Assembly: GCA_002104945.1 (NCBI GenBank)
Contig: MCFH01000051.1
Location: 124,001-188,000, forward strand
From: Piromyces finnis finn
Lineage: Eukaryota > Fungi > Neocallimastigomycota
Length of the DNA stretch: 64,000 nucleotides
Direction: 5' to 3'
Shown here: piece after piece, positions 37,660 through 52,000 of the stretch
How positions within the stretch are numbered: the stretch's first letter is position 1
Layout: each line of letters starts with the position of its first letter
The notes under the pieces: model-generated
Told to the model about the DNA's origin: nothing
What the model saw: only the letters and a program-made list of their open reading frames with translations
Database searches by the model: none
Position numbers and translations under genes: made by a program

Positions 37660-38718
37660 TTATTGAAAAACAGATATAATTATTATTTTTTTTTTCAATT
37701 AAAACTTAAAATAGGAAAATAACTAACTTTTTGCACTTCTTTTATTTCTAATAAAGAAAATATTATATTATAAAATATATTTTATAACGATATATAAAAG
37801 TTTCCTTCTTTCTTATATTCATTATATTTATATATATTTATTATATATCCATTTGTTATACTATTTAACTATTTTATAATGATTATGGTATATTTCAAAT
37901 ATGATTATTAATAATAAATATTTTAAATTATACTAATATTATGTATATGGATTTTATTAATTTTTAATGATTAAGAATAAAATTTTATATTTAATACTCC
38001 GCCAATAAAAATATTTAATGTAAATTAAAACGAAAAAATTTCATTTACTAAATTTTTCAATACTTTCAAGTGATGTTAATAGTAATTATAAAATAATATT
38101 TTTTTTTGTATTATTTTTTAAATTAATTAATACTTTTCTAAAAAATAAATATTACAATTAGTTTATATCAATATTTCAAAAATCAATATTTATAGTATAA
38201 TATATAATAAAAAATAATTTTAAAAGATTATAATACTTTTTATTATTTATTTAATTATTTCAATTACAAATATCTAAACATCAATCAATGAATAAACAAA
38301 AATAAAAATGTATTTTTAATGCTATGATAAAATACTTATAAAACAATAATTATTCTTTTTATTATATTTGTTGATAATTTCGATTTTATTTTTTTTAAAA
38401 AACAATCCTCTTATAATAATATTTTTAAGTACAAAAAAAAAAAAAAAAAAAAAAAATATGAATGATATTGAGTATCAAAAAAGATGTCATATTAACTATA
38501 CATCAATAAAGTCAAATTTTTTTTTTAATTATTATTTTATTAAAGTAAAATTAAAGATAGATTATTATACATTACATTAATATATGAAATTAATAATTAT
38601 TATAATGAAATGACATATTTATATATATTCTATAAAAAAAATTTTTTTGTTCTTTTCATTATTTATTATTTTTTAAGATAATAATATTACATTTTACTAA
38701 TATATTGAATTGCTATAC

Positions 38719-40137
38719 TTAATTGTAACATTTGAATTTAATACTACACCATTCATTGTTTTCGACACCCCAGAAGTCACCTTCTTCTTCAGATACAATA
38801 TTACATTGTTCACAACATGGGTAATCAGCAGCAGATAAACAAGATTCTCCATTAACTCCATTGGAAACATTTCCACATGAATCTGGAATACCACACCATT
38901 CTCCGTTTTCAATACCCCATTGATGATCGTCAACGTAGTAAACTGTACAAGATTCCTTACAACATGGATATTCTGGTTCAGACCAACATGAAGAAGATGA
39001 AGCATTATTGTTATTGTTATTGCTACCACTGTTAGATGATATGGTAGTTACAAGAGGTCCGTGGTGTTTGTAGAAGTCACCTATTTCAGAATCCTTAAAT
39101 TTAAGACCCTTACGGTCAAAGTGATCACCATTATCCCAAAGCATTGGACACATTCCTAAACTAGTGGCGTATTGAGCACAAGTGAATAAATATTTGTGAA
39201 CACTGTCTTTATTTTTGTTAGTTAAAACTGTACCGTATTCACCAATAATAACTGGAATTCCATTGTCAACAAAACGTTTTTTAAGTTTATCGAAATCAGC
39301 AATAAGGGCTTTAACTTCAGCGTCAGTACCCCATGAACCAGCAAACTTACCCCAATCTTCATCTTTTTCAAGGATAGTAAAAGTAGATGGAGTGTAATAG
39401 TGTACAGAAACCATTAATCTATTAGAAGAATCAGATGGGATCTTAAAGGCAGAATCAACTGTTAAATCAATATCAGTACAATAACCAGCTAAAAGTAAAT
39501 GTCTATTTTTATTATTACCACCGGAGTTACGAACAATATCAACAAATTGTTGATTGAGATTGTTTAAAGTTCCATATGCCTTATTCTTATCACCAGCATT
39601 ACTCCAACGGTTCCAAACATCATTCCAACAACCTTCTTCATTTAATGATTCAAAAATTAAATGTTCATCAAAATCTTTGAAATAACTTGAAACTTGTGTC
39701 CATATCTTGTTAAATTTTTGATTTGCTTGAGTAGATTGAGAAGTACCGAATTGTTCGAACCAACCACCGTCATAGTGGATATTTATGATAGCATACATGT
39801 TTTTATTAGTAACCCAACTAACAACTTCTTTTACTCTTTTTAATAAATTAGAATTAATAGTGTAATCGGAACTCATAAGATTACTCCAAGCAACTGGAAT
39901 ACGAATACTGTTAAAACCATTATCTTTAATAGCTCCAATTAATTGCTCAGTTGCAGCTGGATTTCCCCAAGCAGTTTCAAATTGATTAACTGTACTTCCA
40001 TTGATCCAATCCCCAAATGCTTCTAAAGTATTACCTAAATTCCAACCAAGACCCATTTCACCAATAACTTGTTGTGAAGTTAAAGCTAAAGCTGAACTTG
40101 CAGCAGCTAAAGTAAGTAAAATATTTTTTAAATTCAT
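38719..40137 (-). CDS. GH5 endoglucanase (subfamily 4-like) with signal peptide and 2 C-terminal fungal dockerins; intronless
   Basis: GWNLGNTLE, WGNP, IRIPVAW, INIHYD, acid/base FESLNEE, SVHYY, nucleophile IIGEYG, WDNG. Dockerins CWSEPEYPCC...WGIENGEWCGI and YPCC...WGVENNEWC. Start placed at MNLKNILL (40137). Confidence 0.93.
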   Translation of the reverse strand: MNLKNILLTLAAASSALALTSQQVIGEMGLGWNLGNTLEAFGDWINGSTVNQFETAWGNPAATEQLIGAIKDNGFNSIRIPVAWSNLMSSDYTINSNLLKRVKEVVSWVTNKNMYAIINIHYDGGWFEQFGTSQSTQANQKFNKIWTQVSSYFKDFDEHLIFESLNEEGCWNDVWNRWSNAGDKNKAYGTLNNLNQQFVDIVRNSGGNNKNRHLLLAGYCTDIDLTVDSAFKIPSDSSNRLMVSVHYYTPSTFTILEKDEDWGKFAGSWGTDAEVKALIADFDKLKKRFVDNGIPVIIGEYGTVLTNKNKDSVHKYLFTCAQYATSLGMCPMLWDNGDHFDRKGLKFKDSEIGDFYKHHGPLVTTISSNSGSNNNNNNASSSSCWSEPEYPCCKESCTVYYVDDHQWGIENGEWCGIPDSCGNVSNGVNGESCLSAADYPCCEQCNIVSEEEGDFWGVENNEWCSIKFKCYN

Positions 40138-41904
40138 TTTATTGTTAAAATTTAATATGATCAATTATTTAGAGTTTATTGATAAATATTTTATATCTTC
40201 AAAATTTGATTTTTTTTTTTTTTTTAATATTATTTATTATATAGTCAAATTTGAAGTTTTATAATTTATACACAATTAAAAATTCAAATTTTTATTTAAA
40301 ACTAACTATTACAATAAATTATTAAAAAATTAAATTATAAAAATTTAGTGAATTTTTGTTTATTTTATATGATTTTATATAAATATTATACAAATTTATG
40401 AATTATTATTTAATAAAGTTTTTTCTTTTTAATATTTTTTTTTATTTGTTCTTTATAGTTTTAATTATACAATATATAAGCATATAAAATTATATAATAA
40501 TTATATATATAGACTATTTAATAGAATATAATAGAGTGTATTATAGTTGAAATTATTTACTTTTTTTAATTAAAACATAAACTTTAATAATTATTTTTTA
40601 AAAATACAAGGGCCGTTTCTATTTTTAATAATTTATTATAATAATCATTTTATTTAATATATTTTAGTATTATCACTATATATAAATTATTAATATATTA
40701 ATTATATCAATTATAATAGTATTATTTAATATACGGGATAATATATGAATATATAGTATAAATATATGTTATATTGTAAGTTTATTAATAATAATTACAT
40801 TTTTACCACCACTTTAAATACTAAAATTATAAATTATATATGGTATATAAACTATTTATTATGTAAATGGATGTATAACATTTATTAATATTATAAGAAT
40901 TTTAATAATATATAATAAAGTAGTAATTTGTGATTGTTTTTAATTTTAATCTATTTTATATCTTTTAAGTTAGAAAAGTTTGTGTAATAATTTTTACATT
41001 AAAAATAAATTAATGTTAAATTAATTATTGAAAAAAAGTTTAAGTCAAATTATTGAATTAAGGATAATCATTATAAATATCAACACTATTAATTACTAAT
41101 CATATAAAATTTTATATTAATTATTATTATAATTAAATTCCATTAATAAACTATGTTGAATAACAAAAAGAAGATATTGACTTTTTCTAATAAATTTACT
41201 TTTAAATAAATTAAAATAAGGAAAATTAAATGTGACTTTAAATTATTATAAAATAAATTGTTAATTATTATTTTTTTTAATTTGCTAAAATGTCTACTTT
41301 AATTATTTGACCTACACATTTTAAATTTTAATAATATAAAATTTATATTTTTATATTAATATTTATTAACTCAATATGTATTATATAATAAAATGTTATT
41401 GTGGAATATAAACATAAAATATAATCATTATTAATTATTGACCTTAACTCTTTTAAATGTATTAAAACAATAAAGTTAATCAATTAATTTAAATTAAAAT
41501 TGGGAAAAAATAAAAGAAAAAGAAATTTAAAATGTTTGCGTCATAATATAATTCAATAATGATAATACTATAATTTATTGTTCATTTTTTTAGATTAATA
41601 ATACTATTATTTTATTTAGTCATATTATTAATATTTAATAATTTCCTTCAAATTAATAAAATCTTTATATTTTATTGAAAAAAAAAAAGGTATTTCAGAT
41701 ATATTTTCTTTTCCATAATTCTGATAAACAAATATAATTAAATTTATAAATTTTTAAAATCCATGTTTTTAAATTGTTTCATAAATACTTTTTCTTTATT
41801 TGTTTTGAATTATAATTATTATTAAAATAAGTACTTAAAATTTGAAGTAGTTACACAGAAACATCAAATATATAAGAATTATTATTATTAATAAAGGAAA
41901 ATAT

Positions 41905-41916
41905 AATAAAATAAAA

Positions 41917-42011
<95 letters not shown>

Positions 42012-42030
42012 ATCAATAAATCAATAAATA
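41905..42030 (+). repeat. (AAAT)n microsatellite with AATC variants
   Basis: Seen directly. Confidence 0.92.
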
Positions 42031-45000
42031 AATTATAACATAAAATTATTGATTATATATACAAATATGTATATGAAAATGAAAATTTTAAGTTTTATGA
42101 TTGAGTAAATAATTGATCTTTGTTACTTATATAAATGTTATATAATTACATTAAATAACTATATAATATAATTTTTTATAATATATAAGCTTTTATTATT
42201 CATTTTTATTATTGTAATAGGTATTAGTATTAATACAATTATTGACTTAATTTATTTTACTTTCTTATTTTCATTTTTAAAATATTTTAAAAACAATAGA
42301 TTACGGATGTTTATTTTAAAAAAATGTCAGTATAATGCAATATGTTAATATTTTATATTTTTAAATAAAAATAAAAAAATTTTTTTTTATAATTAATAGA
42401 ATATTGAATTATATTAACATGTAAAAATGAATATATATAATGTTTATGAATTCCTGATGGTTATTTTAAATTATAAGAAAAGATTTGTGTGAACTTAATA
42501 TTTAATTACTTATTTATACAACAATAATGTTTGTTAGAGAATCTATTTGGAAATATGAAATACTTTTTAAATTTTAAATTGAAAGATTAATTATTAATAA
42601 TGTTTCTTCTTTATTATTAAACAATTGTGAATTGATATATTCTCTTCTTTGATTAATATTAATTATTCTTCTTATTTTATTTTTCAGTAGTTTTAAGAAC
42701 CTTCTCTATAATAATATTTTTTTTAATTCATCTAAACAAGACTTTCATCTCCCGAACGCCATGTATTTTTTGTATATATTAAAAATATTAAAAAGTATAT
42801 TATTTGCCCTACTACTAAAATACTAGAGAGTATTGTATATAAAATTAAGGTAAATTTTGGTCCCATATTTCCCTTTTTATTATAAGCTGCCCAAATTTTG
42901 ATGCATGACATTATGATAACATATGTATAAAAACCTATTGATATAATTTAGGAAATATGTTAAAAATTTTTTTTAAAAATTATATATATATTTATTAACA
43001 AAAATAATAATAAAGATTTACCAATATGAATAATTAAATAGCTAAAAAATAATATAACTTTTTTTCCTTTTCTCCATTTTTTCTATTTTAAAATTTATTA
43101 AAATTAATTAATTTAGAGTTTTTTATTTATTTTTAAAATTATTATATTATATTCATTAAACAAACCTTATTCAAAGATCTAAGAGCTAATACAACAAAAA
43201 TTAAGCCAAGAAATTCAAAGAAAAATATAATTCCAAGACTTTTTGAACTAAGGAAATTCTTTTTAAAATTATAATATGTCAAGATTAAAATGTTCAACTA
43301 TATGTAAATTGAAGACCGGTTAATATGTAGAAAATAATATCATTATAAATGTAATATGAATACAATAAATATATAATGTTATAACCTTGTTATTATGTTA
43401 CTTACATATTCAAAAAATACTAATGTAAAAAGTAATGTTTTACATTTTTTGAAATCTGGATAAATATAATCGTTATATGGCATTAATGAATCTCTTCTTG
43501 ATATCGTTTTTTTTGCCATTTTATTTATACTTTGAATTAAAATCTTATTGAAAGTAGAGAAAATGATTTTATATTTTATAGCTGATTAAGAGATTATATG
43601 TTATAAATAGCTTATTTTATTGTTTTTTTTTTTTATTTTATTTTTTGGTTTTTAAAAAAAACTAATTATATTAATACTATATTATCTCCCCTGTTATTAT
43701 TATTATTTAAATTTATAGTTATTTTACTTTTATTGTTGTTTTTAATTAAATATTTATTATTTAAAAACTTTAATCATTTATTATATAAATTATTTAAAGG
43801 ATATATATTAATCAGAAAAAAAAAAATTTCCTAATACTTTTCTATATTAAAAAAATATAATTTTTGATATTATTTCATAAATTATAAATATTTAATTTTA
43901 ATACGTTTTTATAATTAATTTTATTCATTCGTTATATATATATAAATTTTATTAACTATTAAGATTTTTTTTTTATGATAGAGAAAGAAGTACATATATA
44001 AACAAACATTAATTTGTTAATTTTTTGTTTTAAAATATTTCTTAAGTTATATAATCATTTAAAATAGAAATTAATATTTTTTTCTCTTTTAGTTTTTATA
44101 ATATTTTTTTAATATAAAAAAGATTAAAAATTATTTTTCACTTTTAATTTTTGATTTTAAGAAAATAAAAAAATAAAAATAATTTTTAATAAATATCTTT
44201 ATTATATAAATATTAATTTAGAGATATCAAATCAAAAATATTTATATATTATATATAATGTGAATAATAATTTAAAAAGAGAAATTGAGATAATTTTAAT
44301 AATAAACATAATATTATTGAAAAAGTTTATTAAATAAGAATTATCATTTTAATTATTATAATAAACTTTAGATATATTTAAAAACTGTTAGAATATGTGA
44401 AACGTTATGTCACATGTATTCAAATGTATTGAAATGTATTAAAACGTATTTGTATATATTGTATTTAATTATATATTTAAGCCACAATGTAAATGTATAA
44501 ATACATGTAGTTTGAGAAGAATGTAACGCAAGTAGTTCTTTATCATAAAATATATTAATAAAGTTGACATAATTATAAACCTAAATTAAACAACTCTTAA
44601 TAAAAACAATATATTAAATAAAATATAAATTAAAATCAAAATATAAACCAAAAATATCAATATTCTGAATATAATAATAATTAAAAAACATCCTAATATT
44701 AATAATAAATAGGTAAAAAAAAAGTAGAATCAAAATATAAACTTTGATTAAAAAAACATTATAATATTTTAATATTAAATTCTTAAATATTGAAATTATT
44801 AAATCTCATTTCATGATTTATTTTTAACATTGTTATATATTATACAATTGATTTATAATATAATAATATATTAATATTATTTCAAGTTTAATCATTAAAG
44901 TCTTATATAAAATTTGATATTGTAAGAAACTTATATTAAAATGTCATATATCAAAATTAATAAATTGCTTTATTAGTGGAAAATATTAAATAATAATTAA

Positions 45001-46012
45001 AATTTTAATTTTAATCATAATTTTCGTGTATTTTTTATTACTTAAAAAAAAAAATAATATTTATGTAAATTGTACTACACTGTCATAGTTCGACAGTTTT
45101 TTTGGGGTTAACAATTGCTAATAAGATATTAATTTAGCCAATCATATATTAATTAAAAATACTAAAAAAATAGCATAAAGAATTTCTTGATTACAATAAA
45201 CCTTTTTTTAAAGAAAATTATACATAAGATTGTTAGTTATATAATAATTATTATTATAGTAAATGTAGTATTTGTATACAATTATTTGAATTATTTTTGA
45301 TGAGAAGTAGTATTAGTGCAAAATTTAATTACATATTTTTTTTAGCTTTATAATAAACCAGGGTGTTTTATTAATTTTAAAATAAAATAATAAAACTTTT
45401 ATTATTTATCTTTATAAAAGTAAGAATTTTGTATATAATTATTAAAGATAATATTTATATTATTTATTATTAAAATACAATTCTATTAATTCCAGTGTGT
45501 AAAAACCAAATATAAAACTAAATTATTAATGGATTTGTAATATATTTAAGTTGTTAATAGTATATAATTCTCACTAAATATTTTACAAAATTTCATTATC
45601 ATTTTATATTATATACTATTTAGTGAGAATTTTAATGAAATTAAAAATACAAAATGAGTCAAATGAAGAAAGAGTTGAAAAATTGAGATAGAAAAATAAA
45701 ATGGAAATAAATGATGAAAATATAAAAACAATATTATTTCATTAAAAAATTATTATAATGAAAATAAAATGATTATCATATTATTAAAAATTCAATTTAA
45801 TAGGATTATTAAAAGTATTTATTAATCATATAAAGAACAGGCAATAATTTTTTATTTTATATCATATGCTGATCATGTGTTCATCAACTATTTATAAAAT
45901 TATATAATTTAATTATGTTTTTTATATATTAGTTATATATTAAATATCCATTAATGTAAAATAAATATTTTCTTCTTCTATAAAAATTATAAATTATAGT
46001 TAAATAAAAACG

Positions 46013-47833
46013 ATGGAAGCTAAATTTGAAGATTATTGGGAAGAACTTAGAAATGAAATTATTTCTGAACTTCCTTCTTATGGAAATATGCCACAAGAAG
46101 GAATTGACTGGATTGAAAGAGTAAATATATTAATATTGATTATCATTAAAATTATATTTAATCATAATTAAAATGAAAAGTTGTAAAATTAATGTTATTT
46201 TCAACAATATTATATTTATTGTATATATGCATAAAATCAATTTTAAATTAGTGTATTAACTATACTGTTCCAGGAGGTAATGTTTTATTAATACATACAA
46301 TACAAAATTAAATTGCTGAAATAATATTTGAAGAAAAAGTTATATTAATCAACAATTTAAAATATGCTTTATAATCAACAGGAAAAATGAATCGTGGTAA
46401 AAGTGTTTTAGTTTCTTTACAATGTATTCTTAAAAGAGAATTAACTGAAGATGAAATTAAAAAGGCCAATATTTTAGGTTGGGCTATCGAATGGTATGAA
46501 TTAATTATTCAATAAATAATTATATATATATATATAAATACTAATGAGTAATCTGAATATTTATTATATTAATAAAATAATCATTTTTATAAAAGGCTTC
46601 AAGCTTTATTCCTTGTTTCAGATGATATTATGGACGCTTCTATTACCAGAAGAGGTCAACCATGTTGGTACAAGAATGTAAATATAATATCAATCCAAAT
46701 TTAAAAATTAATATCAACTTTTAAATTAGAGAAATTAATATATATTTATATGTTAAAAATTTAGGAAGATGTTGGTTTAATTGCTATTAATGATACTCTT
46801 ATCTTAGAATCTTGTATTTACAAGTTATTAAAGAAATATTTTAGAAGTGAAAAATACTATATTGATATCGTTGAATTATTCCATGAAGTAAGTGGAAGTT
46901 TAATAAATAGAGACAATATTTATTAAAATATAAATTAATATTGTAATAATGATTAATTATTTAAAAATATTTAATTATTAGATCAGTTACACTACTGAAT
47001 TAGGTCAATTAATCGATTTAATTACTGCTCCAGAAAATAAGGTTAATCTTGATAAGTTTTCAATGGACAAATACATTTGGATTGTAAGATATAAGACCGC
47101 ATTTTACTCATTTTATCTTCCTGTCGCTTTAGCTATGATTATGGTATGCTAACAAACATAGGTAATATTACATAAATAAAATTGTATAAAATCTAATTTT
47201 TCTATTATTTTCTATACATATAAAAGGCTGGTATTGATAATGAACAATCTCTTAAGGTGGCTAAAGATATCTTAATTCCATTGGGTGAATACTTCCAAGT
47301 TCAAGTAAGTATAGTTGTTAATATAAGTACAATTAATATTTATATTATTAATTAAATAAAATTATAAATATATTTAATTCATATTTTTAGGATGATTACC
47401 TTGATTGTTATGGTGATCCAAAGTTCATTGGTAAAATTGGTACTGATATTCAAGATAACAAATGTTCATGGCTTGTTAATCAAGCTCTTAAGATCTGTAC
47501 TCCAGAACAAAGAGAAATTTTAAATGTAGATACTCTTTATTTCAAAATTTTTAAAACAATAAAATTAAATATATATATATATAAAACTAATTGCAATTTT
47601 AATTATATATCAACAAATATCTAAATTAGGAAAACTATGGCCAAAATGATCCAGTTAAGATTCAAAAAGTTAAGGATTTATATAAAGAATTAAAGATTGA
47701 AGAGTTATATAAACAATACGAAGAAGAAAGTTATCAAAGAATCAGTGATATGATATCAAAGGTTGATCCAAATGTTGTTAGTCCAGATGTTTTTACTAAG
47801 TTCATGAACCGTATTTACAAGCGTACCAAATAA
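46013..47833 (+). CDS. ERG20: Farnesyl diphosphate synthase family prenyltransferase, multi-exon (includes a 25-nt exon, 46252-46276)
   Basis: Reconstructed peptides [29 protein letters not shown] (first Asp-rich motif), [49 protein letters not shown] (second Asp-rich motif), [20 protein letters not shown]. Confidence 0.95.
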
Positions 47834-49039
47834 AAAAATACAATAACTTAATTATAGTAACAGAATATTAAAAAAAGTTTATTAAAAAAAATTGTAACCA
47901 TTTATTAAAGTATGCTCAATGAGTATATTTATAAATGATGATAATAATAATAGATAAATAAGTATCTATGGAAATCCTAAAATAAAAAAATTAATTTGTA
48001 GAGCAACAACAACAATATATAAATAATAATTAATAAAAAGCACATAATTTATAAAATAATAAAATAATGTGGCCAAATAAATGTATAATATATATTGCTT
48101 ATTTTTTATATTAATATATATTATATATTAATATATTTTAATTTTTTTTTTAAAAAGAACTTTCAAAAGAATTTTTTTTAAATTTTAAAAACTAATTTAA
48201 AATTTTAAATTAATATATATATTATAATTAATTATAATAATATATATTTTTTACAGAAATGAATGAATGAGTGTATCATTTCATTTTAATTTTTTATTCA
48301 ATATAATTCATATTTATTATTTTTGATATATTTTATATACTATATAATATATTATATATTTTATTAAAATTTTAATGAATAGATAATTAAAGAATTATAG
48401 TTATGTAGTATTCATGTTTTTCAATTTATTCGTTTCTTTTTATTGTTAAAATATAAAAAGGAAATTAACAATTTAATATTTATTGTTTATTGACTTAAAA
48501 ACATTATAAAGTTATATTATAATTTATCGAAAAACAATAATTATTAAAAAACTTTAAAAATTAGGCAAAAACGAAATTAAATATTTCTTATAATAGTATA
48601 AGAGGAAATAATATTATAATTATCTTGAATTTTATAGCCTGAAAGAAAATTGTAATATTTAGTATTAAAGGTAAGATAGTACTAAAATAAATATAATTAA
48701 TGAAAATTTATTAAATATAGATTAATAATAATGAAAAAAGTAATAGTGTTTGAATAAACATTAATATTAATATTTATAATAAATACTAATGTATTATACT
48801 ATTATAATTTAAAAAACAAATACTCTAAATTACCACAAAAAACCACAAAAAACTTATTTTATTTAATAATTATAATTGTTGTAACAATATTATAATACTA
48901 TGGGATTTCTTTATTAGAAAATTAAATAATAACAATAATAACAACAATAATAATTTTATTTAACAAATAAATAAAACGAAAAGTAAATTTTTTAAAAAGT
49001 ATTTTTAGAATATAAAAAATATATAAATATATTGTCAAA

Positions 49040-52000
49040 ATGATGTTAGGTATTGATTTGAGGAAAACAAAACCAAATTCCGTTAGTGCGGCAATAAAAC
49101 AATATATTTCAATTACTTATGATGAAGATCCAACTGCTTATACTGAAGATTTAAATCAATTCGAAAAACTTAGAAATGATATTATTAATTTACCAATTTG
49201 CGATAATTCTGTTAATGTATTGTATAAGTAAGCTCAGTAAGATATATTTTCTATTAAACTTTTAGAATAGGAAAATAAAATTAGAGGAATTTTTGCTAGA
49301 CGTATAATATGTTTTCAACAATTTCTTTAATGTAAAAGGAAAGTTATAAACTAAAAGCATTAAATATACTTAATATATATATTTAAATATAATAAATATT
49401 AAAATTAATTATAAAAGGTATTATGGCCAATTAATTTTTCTTTGCGCTAAATTCCCATTAGAAGATAATAAAGTTTGTAATATATTGAAGATATTATTTA
49501 TATTTAAATTAAAATTGTAATAATAATAGTATTTTTTATTTTTATAATTAATGCTATATTAAATATTTTTATTAATATTAGATTACTTGTGTATTTTCTT
49601 GGACTCCATCATTTGGAAAAGATAAAAGACATGTTAATATTTCTTCTATTGAATATGAAAAAGCATGTGTTTTATTCAATATTGGTGCTATGTATAGTAA
49701 TGTTGGTACTAAGGAAAATTTAGATAATGCTGATGATATTAAGAATGCTTGTATTTATTTCCAAGTAAGTATTATATAAAATGAAACAGAAATTTAAATT
49801 AAATCTTATTATCCTATTTTGCGGTATTTATATTAACATAAATATTAAATGAAATTTTAATAGCGTGCTGCTGGTATTTTCACTTACTTAAAAGAAGAAC
49901 TTCATGGTTCATTAAAATGTCCAGTCCCACCAGATATGTTACCAAATTCTCTTGATTTTTTGATTAAGTTAATGTTAGCGCAAGCTCAAGAATGTTTTTG
50001 GAAGAAGGCTGTTTTAAGTATGTATATTTTTTTTTTTTTTTTTAATTATTAATAAGAATATTTTTAAAAAAATTAAATGAATAGAAAAACAGATTAATCG
50101 ATAAATAAATAATAAAATAAGAAGTTAAATATTAAAGTTTATATAATGCTTCTAATATTTTTATAAATACATTAAAGGTAAAATGAAAAACAATACTATT
50201 GCTAAGCTAGCCAAGGCTGCTTCTAATTTATATGGAGAAGCTTATAAGGTTGGGAATAATAATAATCTCATATCCCAGGTAAAATATTTAATTGTATTGT
50301 AAAATGTAAATGTTAAGTAATTGCTATACTTATAGATTTTTTTATTTTATTGTTTTTGTTGCTATTGTTAAAAGGAATGGATTTCATACGTTTTAAGCAA
50401 AATGTATTATTTAGAATCTGCCTGTTTAATTCGTTATGCAATGATTAATTATGATAATTGTAAATATGGTGACCAAATTTCATGCTTAATGGAGGCTGAA
50501 AGACTTATGCTCAAGTGTAAGTCTTTTAAAAATCAATTACCAGAAGATTACTATGAAGATCTTAAGGTAATATATAAATGATTAGTAATTAATATACTTA
50601 AATAAAGAATATTATAATATATATGTGTCTATGCTATTATTTTTCCAAATGCTTAATAATAATTATATATATATAAAATAGTCATTTACTAAATATATTA
50701 GCGGAAGAGTTAAAGAAGAAGACTATAATAATAACAAAATTTATATGGATGTAAGTATTTTATCAAATTATTTCATATTATAAAGAATATTTTTGATATA
50801 TTAATGTATATTATGTATTATAGATTGTTCCAGATTTTGCTAAACTTCAACCAATTGATGGTGCTGCTATGGTAAAACCAATTCCAATTCCCGACCAAAA
50901 ATCATTAGAAAATATTGTTGGAAAGCCATTATTTGATTGTTTAATTCCATTTAATTATCATGAAATTACTGTTAATTACAATACTAATAAGGAACAATTA
51001 GTTAGTAATCTTATTAGTAAATTAAAGACTGAAAGTCAAGTTTTTGAAGAGTTGGTTTCGAATATAGATTATTTTACTAATATTTATATTATTATTAATA
51101 TATTTATACAATAATACTAAAATTTTCTTTTTTTTTTTTTTTTTTTTTTTTTTTTCCTTCTTCTTCATCAGTAAAGTTGCTTCTTTGAATATCAATGCAT
51201 CTATTGACGCTTTAGATCAAACTCATGGCTTACCACAATCTGTCATAGATAGATCGAATATTGTCATTAGAAAAGGTGGTTTAAAAAGTATTCAAGAAAC
51301 ATTCTCTAAAGCTTCTGCAATTTCTCAAGAAAACCAAAGTATTATTGATAAAGTAATAATAATAATAAATTTAATTAATTATATTTTATATTATTTATCT
51401 GTTTTATATATAAAACTTCAAATTTTTTTTTAAATTTAAATTATACTTGTTATATTATTTTAAAATAATAGTTAAAGAATGACTTAAATGAAGAAGAAAA
51501 TGATGATTTAGCTGCTAGAAATCAATTTGGAGAAAGATGGACCAGAGAAACATCTCGTAATTTAAATAGAGGATTGATGGAAAAATTAAGAAATTATGAG
51601 GAAAAGGTTAATCAAGCTATTACTTCAGATAGCATTGTTCAAGCTAAAATTGATCAAAATATTGTAGGTATTGAAGCTTTAAGTTCCACTAAGGAGGAGC
51701 TTGAGGCTTCTATTCCAGCATGTCGTGCAAATGCTTCTTTAAATATTCAAAACAATCCAGAAGTTATTGGTTTGAAAGAAAAAATGAATCAATTTGAGCA
51801 GTCTATGGAACAAAAACAATCAATTATTAAGAATCTTAATGAAAAATGTAAGAATGATAGTATTAATAATATTGTATTAATGCTTATTACAAATAAGGAA
51901 GAAATTAATAAGGAAAAAATTGTTGGTGAGCAATTACAGAAATACACTACTGATAAGGGTATAATTACTGACTATCTTGAAGGATTAAAGAACCTCACTA

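Noticed and set aside
43170-43290. Slightly GC-richer stretch with a roughly 37-codon open frame
   Set aside because: No start context, splice pattern or recognisable motif; cannot be supported as a gene or TE relic.
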